Positions 59,145 to 64,000 of a stretch of DNA of 64,000 bases are shown in pieces. Numbering within the stretch: the first letter of the stretch is position 1; each line of letters begins with the position of its first letter. The stretch is from positions 64,001 through 128,000 of the IMG/VR virus record IMGVR_UViG_3300032893_000005; one strand, 5' to 3'. The translations under genes were made by a program, and so were the position numbers. The notes beneath the pieces were generated by a model. It was not told the DNA's origin. It searched no databases and was given only the letters and a program-made list of their open reading frames with translations. Source of the stretch: a virus.

Positions 59145-60563
59145 TTATAGTGTCTTAAATACTCTGGCCTTGTCAGCGAGAGTGTATGTAGCTGGTATCG
59201 CAACTGTGACCTGAACCTGAGTCGTTCCCATGAACGCAACTATCGTAGTTGATAGTTCTGGCTGGGTCTCAGAGACGGCGGTCAGAACGTCACCGGGATT
59301 CAGCCCAGTCTGATCAGTGACGTGTATGATGTTTGATCCGTCGTTGAACGTCAGCGCCTTCGTCAAGAAGTAGCTATCGTACTGTCCCTTGATCGAGGTG
59401 TTATCATTCAAGAACTGCTGCACGCCTCCCTGGTTAGCGGTAGCATCGTAGTACCTGCGTAAGCTGCCAGTCGCCCTGTTGATGCGAAAGTTCAACCACT
59501 GGTACCTGATGTAGTACGGGTTCGTCATGTCGACCGCGCTGAAGGTTGAGCCTGACTGAGACAGGGCGTTGCTTCCGGTGAACGACGATGAGCCCAAGGC
59601 CGTGTTGATCTGAGTTATGCGCGTAGGCAAGTACGAGTTTCGAGTGGTGATCAAGCTCTGGATAGGAGCGAGTCCTCCCGACGTGTAACTAGGTGATGCC
59701 AGCCATGCAGCTAGCACAGTGTGGGCCGAGTTCGCGTTCGTCAGGGCTGTGGCGTTCTGCGTAGCGTAAGGCGAGCGTGTGTCGTTCTGTGTGCCCAGTG
59801 CAGTTACCTGACTAGATACTTCAGTCTGCCAGTACGTGATGTTCGCCAGGATCTGAGCCTGAAGCGTGGCCGAAGTGTTTGACACGGTACCACTTGTGAT
59901 GGCGGTCGGTGACGGTATGACGCTGCTCACTGTTATGGACACGTTGACGGTCGAAGCCGTGATCGTGTACACGCCGACGTTTGAGCCGTTCGTGATCGTG
60001 ACCATCTGTCCGTTGCTTAGGCCGGTGGTAGAAGCCATCGTCAAGACGAGGCCTGTCACTACTCCAGCAGGAACCGTAGTTGTGGTAGGCAAGCTCGCTG
60101 TTCCGAAGGACCCAGCAAGGTAGTAAGTGATTAGTGTAGATAGCCCCGATATGACATTCTGCTCATGTAAGACGTCAGTACTTGACGGAAAGAACCTGCC
60201 GCGTACCTCGTTGTTCGTGAAAGATCCGTCTTGGATGAGAGGTAGGGTGAGGGCGTAAGCTGGTGCCGGAGTAGTAGGGTAGAACGGAGCGACGTTCGGC
60301 GTCTGAGCCGCAGTCGTAAGGTCAGAAGGACTGTAAGTAGCAGCGACCTGACCATCGATGGCCCGAGCTTCGTTCTCATATGACTGAACCTGTGCGTTGT
60401 AGAAGTCATAAAATTTTTGATTGGATTGGTCAACCTGTAAAAGCATAGCTTGCTGAGTAGTGAACGCGTTGGACGAAGCTTGGTACGCCTGGTTCTCTAA
60501 AACGATGTTCAAGCTTCTTCGCGTAATTGCCAAACGATCAGCGGCGGTAAATACTATACTCAT
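59145..60563 (-). CDS. Virion structural protein (likely start ATG 60563)
   Basis: T/S/N-rich, in structural operon, start overlaps endonuclease stop. Confidence 0.65.
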   Translation of the reverse strand: MSIVFTAADRLAITRRSLNIVLENQAYQASSNAFTTQQAMLLQVDQSNQKFYDFYNAQVQSYENEARAIDGQVAATYSPSDLTTAAQTPNVAPFYPTTPAPAYALTLPLIQDGSFTNNEVRGRFFPSSTDVLHEQNVISGLSTLITYYLAGSFGTASLPTTTTVPAGVVTGLVLTMASTTGLSNGQMVTITNGSNVGVYTITASTVNVSITVSSVIPSPTAITSGTVSNTSATLQAQILANITYWQTEVSSQVTALGTQNDTRSPYATQNATALTNANSAHTVLAAWLASPSYTSGGLAPIQSLITTRNSYLPTRITQINTALGSSSFTGSNALSQSGSTFSAVDMTNPYYIRYQWLNFRINRATGSLRRYYDATANQGGVQQFLNDNTSIKGQYDSYFLTKALTFNDGSNIIHVTDQTGLNPGDVLTAVSETQPELSTTIVAFMGTTQVQVTVAIPATYTLADKARVFKTL

Positions 60564-61363
60564 AGTATCCTCAGTTCTTTTAATTTGGATAGGTTCCACA
60601 ACTCAGAATTGGGATGTTCGGCATGAAACCAATCCCACTTTACTTTAGAATGCGGTCGCATGTATCCTTTGATTTCAACCCATAAATCTTGATCAGGCAA
60701 ATAGAGATCTGGAATATAATGCGTGCCCAGGGAAGTCTGAAAACTTTTAGGCTGCCATTCAAAAAATATCTGTTTTTGATTCAAGAAAAGTACCACCGCT
60801 AACTCATATGAACCAGTACAGACAAGCTCTTGTCCCGTCTTCCAATGTCTTTCAATATAAGATTTATTGCTCGACCTCATAGCTTTCTGGGCCGTTACGG
60901 GATTACATAAAGCGTGCGGGTATCCTGTTTTCTTGATAAATGTGTTTTTACGATTCTCAGAACGTCTCTTGTAATGATTGGCTTTACCGGAAAAAACATG
61001 TTTAGGAATGGCCCAGAATTCGCCATATACGTCATCAATAAAACGTGCTTTCTGTTCAGTAAATGTATAAGTACTAACATCTAGAGATATATGCCGAGGT
61101 ATGCGACTGAGTACTTCTGCCAAACCTAGAGGCTTTTGAGGCTTCAAACTTGCGATTTTATGTGCGGTGTGTCGCGATCCTTGCTCGTACACAGAGGTTG
61201 GAGTAGTCCAAAAAATTCCATATTTTTTATCTATAAATTGAGCTTGTTTTTTATATCCACAGTAAGTTTCTTCAACGAGAACCACTTCGTCACCGTGAAC
61301 ATCTCTAAGACGTTTCTTAAATAATTCAACCGTGATAGGTTTTGTAGAATGATTCTTTTTCAT
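60560..61363 (-). CDS. Free-standing PD-(D/E)XK homing-type endonuclease with duplicated N-terminal domain
   Basis: Two Y...K..A.FID..YG.FW..P repeats; GSYE...YIPDLYL...WVEIKG; strongly AT-rich. Confidence 0.82.
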   Translation of the reverse strand: MKKNHSTKPITVELFKKRLRDVHGDEVVLVEETYCGYKKQAQFIDKKYGIFWTTPTSVYEQGSRHTAHKIASLKPQKPLGLAEVLSRIPRHISLDVSTYTFTEQKARFIDDVYGEFWAIPKHVFSGKANHYKRRSENRKNTFIKKTGYPHALCNPVTAQKAMRSSNKSYIERHWKTGQELVCTGSYELAVVLFLNQKQIFFEWQPKSFQTSLGTHYIPDLYLPDQDLWVEIKGYMRPHSKVKWDWFHAEHPNSELWNLSKLKELRIL

Positions 61364-61365
61364 TT

Positions 61366-62454
61366 TTAAGTTCCTACCAATACACTACTAGAACCTGTCA
61401 AAATGGTTGATATAACTGGAAAACCCAAGTTCCCAACGCCCTGACACATGCTCACGCCTACAGCCGCACAGGGCGCAGTGCCAGCGCCAATCATGTTGAT
61501 GGTGCCCATTAACTGAGCCTGTCCACCTGCCTGAATCTGTACGTTACCGCCTGCCTGAACCATCACGTTGCCGCCAGCCTTTACCTGCCAGTTGGATGCG
61601 ACCTTGGTATTAAGGTTGGCTCCGGCATCGTGCGTCATATCCTTAGCAGACTTCAACGTCGCTGCGGCGCCAGACTCCAAGTTCATGTCTTTGCCAGACT
61701 TAACGCTCGTCGCCTCGGTAGAGTTCGAGTTCACGTCCTTGCCAGCAGACATGGAGATTGACTTGGCTTCCTTATCTATCGTAACGCTCTCGCTGCCGTT
61801 CGTCCAGACCATGTTCTTTGCGACGCGGTCCAGCGTGATCGACTGCTTCTCGTTGTCAGAGATGCTGGCCCGACCATCCTTGTCTATCTTGATGACGGTG
61901 CCTGCTGCAGCTTCGTTGAGCTTCTTACCTTCTTGGTCGATCGTCGAGTTGAAGGTGATGGTGTATGCACCGTCCTTGTCGATCAGTACGTTGAGGCCGT
62001 TGAACTGGTTCTCCCAGAACTGACCCCTGTCTTGCGAAGGCTTGTTCTTGAGTGACTTCTTGCCGCCGACGATCAATGCTCGACCAGAGACTGAGGTGCC
62101 GTCTATGCAGAGTAAAGTAACTGTGGCGCCGCCAACAGGGACACCGTTTTCATCTAGCTTCTCAGCAGGCTGAAGGGTGAAGTCGTTGAAGTTGTTAACT
62201 GTTCCGAACATGTCGCTAACTTGGCAGTTTCTATACACCTGAAAGTTAGCACCAGATCTCATATCTCTTATAGCCACAAACACATCGTACTCGATGAAGT
62301 TCCCAGATAGATTGGCTGGATCTTCAGGGTAGTAGATCTTGAGAACCGTCCCCTGCTTGAAAGACACATCGAAAGAATAAATACTCTCCGCTGATGGTAA
62401 GGGGTCTTGACTTAAGTTTGAAGGTAGAACGCTACCGTCACCGAGCTTTGCCAT
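61366..62454 (-). CDS. Baseplate central spike (gpV/gp5-like)
   Basis: OB-fold-like N-terminus and beta-helix repeats (SAGKD, KSGKD, AGGNV). Confidence 0.75.
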   Translation of the reverse strand: MAKLGDGSVLPSNLSQDPLPSAESIYSFDVSFKQGTVLKIYYPEDPANLSGNFIEYDVFVAIRDMRSGANFQVYRNCQVSDMFGTVNNFNDFTLQPAEKLDENGVPVGGATVTLLCIDGTSVSGRALIVGGKKSLKNKPSQDRGQFWENQFNGLNVLIDKDGAYTITFNSTIDQEGKKLNEAAAGTVIKIDKDGRASISDNEKQSITLDRVAKNMVWTNGSESVTIDKEAKSISMSAGKDVNSNSTEATSVKSGKDMNLESGAAATLKSAKDMTHDAGANLNTKVASNWQVKAGGNVMVQAGGNVQIQAGGQAQLMGTINMIGAGTAPCAAVGVSMCQGVGNLGFPVISTILTGSSSVLVGT

Positions 62455-64000
62455 CTATGCTATCCCATCGTTTCCAGTTATGCCCATATTTTTTTGAATG
62501 GCATCTACCTTCTCAGCCAACTGCTCACCTAACTTAGGGTTGGCTGGCGTCTGATCAGGAAGTATGTCTGGATCTAAGTGAGTTGATCTCCCCTCAGCAG
62601 ACGATGCGATCATCTTCTCATTCGCGTAGATCTCTTCGTCTGTGATGCTCGGTAAGTGATCACCTTTTAGCTTAGCCCGAGTATGAACGCCATTCGTGAT
62701 GAGGCTTCCGTCTTTGTTGATGCCGTGACTGAGGCCAAGGATGGTGATGAAGCTCTTCTTACCATCAGGCGTTACCTGGTACTGATGGTCAACGCTCTCG
62801 ATGTGGAACAGCTTGCCGTCCATCTCGAAGTTGTCGCCGATGGCGATCGGTGGTTGAACACCAGCAAGAACGACCGAACCGTTCTGCTTGTAGTGGCCGT
62901 TCAGCCAGAAGTCTGCGACCAGGTTCTTCCAGTTAACGACGTCCGTCAGGGCCGTGTGATCCTTGCTGACGTCGGCGGTGCTCATAGCGAAGTGACTTCG
63001 TAGTCCGTTGCGAGCAATGTCGAGCGCATCTACGTAGATGTTATTGTTGTTGTACTGGTTGGCACGATCCCCAACTGGACTATTCTGACGCTCAAGGTTT
63101 GCCGGTTTACATATGAAAAAGTTGAAGCGTGATGAGTCAGACATCCCAAGGTTGTAGGAGATCAAAGGATATGTCTTACTCAGCCTCCACCTAGGAACAC
63201 TTATAAACGGTGTGTAAGCTGTGAAGTTGCCCCCGCCGTTAGCGTCTAGTAAGTTAGGGTTGTTACTGAAAACGATCTGTCGCAGAACCAAGGTCGGCAT
63301 TATACGTCCATTTTTCACTGAAGTTCTGAGCGTGCAGTACATCTCATTCAACGTAGGGTTTGAGTGTGCCTCCAAGAGAGACCATATGGTCTTGTTGTTG
63401 TAGTTATCCGGTGGGATTATGTAAGTTCCAGGGGCAGGATCGTTCAAGACTACTTGATTCTGTGTACCGCCATCGTAGTTTACAGGAATAAATTGCTTGT
63501 ATCCTGGCTGATTGCCATATTTTTGAAGGCCAATCATCAAGTGGAGCATGTCTGAATACTTGTTTCCAGCGGCATCTTCTTGTCGAGTGGTCGGCAGGCC
63601 AAGAGTGGTAAGTATAGGCGCAGGTATCAGCATAGATGCGTTTGGTGATATAACTTGTCCTCCAACAGCCTTAAATTCTTGTCCTGGACCTTTTCCCATG
63701 AACACGTTGATGAACAGCTTGATGATCTCTGATATGTTATTTGTTTCTTTCGCTTTATCGTTAGGGAAGATCGTCGTCCACATACTGTTCATCTGATGCA
63801 ACAGCCTCTGTAGATCTCCAGGTGTACCGTTGCCAGACACGCTAGAAAGCAGTGGATTCTGGAACACATATGTTCCGAACTCAGAGAATGACTTCATGCT
63901 GACTGCGAACCGGAACTGCTTCTTGCCGTCCGCGTTCGTGTTGAGTGTCTCGCGTATGGAGTTGATGCGACCGACGAACTTGAGGCCAGAGTTGAAGTCG
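62455..64000 (-). CDS. Baseplate hub-like protein, 5' end outside window
   Basis: Frame stays open from 63897 to the window edge (DFNSGLKFVGRINSIRE...); NEMY, GSV.L.G...PI.IGD...FHIESVDH hub-like motifs; upstream of spike. Confidence 0.7.
   Translation of the reverse strand, partial: DFNSGLKFVGRINSIRETLNTNADGKKQFRFAVSMKSFSEFGTYVFQNPLLSSVSGNGTPGDLQRLLHQMNSMWTTIFPNDKAKETNNISEIIKLFINVFMGKGPGQEFKAVGGQVISPNASMLIPAPILTTLGLPTTRQEDAAGNKYSDMLHLMIGLQKYGNQPGYKQFIPVNYDGGTQNQVVLNDPAPGTYIIPPDNYNNKTIWSLLEAHSNPTLNEMYCTLRTSVKNGRIMPTLVLRQIVFSNNPNLLDANGGGNFTAYTPFISVPRWRLSKTYPLISYNLGMSDSSRFNFFICKPANLERQNSPVGDRANQYNNNNIYVDALDIARNGLRSHFAMSTADVSKDHTALTDVVNWKNLVADFWLNGHYKQNGSVVLAGVQPPIAIGDNFEMDGKLFHIESVDHQYQVTPDGKKSFITILGLSHGINKDGSLITNGVHTRAKLKGDHLPSITDEEIYANEKMIASSAEGRSTHLDPDILPDQTPANPKLGEQLAEKVDAIQKNMGITGNDGIA

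Noticed and set aside
172-63796. Numerous antisense and alternate-frame ORFs in the track (e.g. 14085-14819, 35422-35976, 55414-56004)
   Set aside because: They are shadow ORFs from biased codon usage, fully overlap better-supported genes, and lack RBS or motifs.
1-64000. Stop-codon reassignment (alternative genetic code)
   Set aside because: Long genes are intact in code 11; TAA, TGA and TAG all end genes that are tightly coupled to the next start.
1-64000. CRISPR array, tRNA or rRNA genes
   Set aside because: No regularly spaced repeat-spacer units, and intergenic gaps are too short. No cloverleaf recognised by eye, though tRNAscan was not run.
47314-64000. Bacterial T6SS/eCIS/tailocin locus
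   Set aside because: The context is a dense phage early region with homing endonucleases and no host housekeeping or membrane-complex genes.

Overview
A 64 kb slice of a large tailed dsDNA phage genome with a contractile-tail (myovirus-type) baseplate, using the standard genetic code and about 50-55% GC by eye. The host cannot be identified from the sequence, but lipoboxes, a Tat signal and a signal-peptide thioredoxin fit a diderm host. It has two converging arms. (1) 473-32067 on + holds about 85 tightly packed, mostly small early/accessory ORFs. These include a PA14/collagen lipoprotein, a PcfJ-like protein, an IPNS-type 2OG-Fe(II) oxygenase, a nucleotidyltransferase, three HAD proteins, a DEDD exonuclease, an exported thioredoxin and a SNF2 helicase-nuclease fusion. 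(2) 32098-64000 on - is a late structural block: baseplate hub, spike, wedge, a 1845 aa baseplate-J protein, a tube-like protein and several fibre proteins. A truncated peptidase M15 (endolysin-like) gene, missed by the ORF track, runs off the left edge on -. Five free-standing, AT-rich endonuclease genes of homing type are interspersed. The most striking observation is that several small early-arm ORFs look like fragments or dead copies of virion proteins fused to unrelated sequence. They are a Tat-signal/tail-tube chimera (homology visible within this window), a prohead-protease-like ORF lacking catalytic residues, a portal-like segment and up to four capsid-like segments. Together they may be a structural decoy/mimic set. 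All family calls come from motif recognition without database searches.
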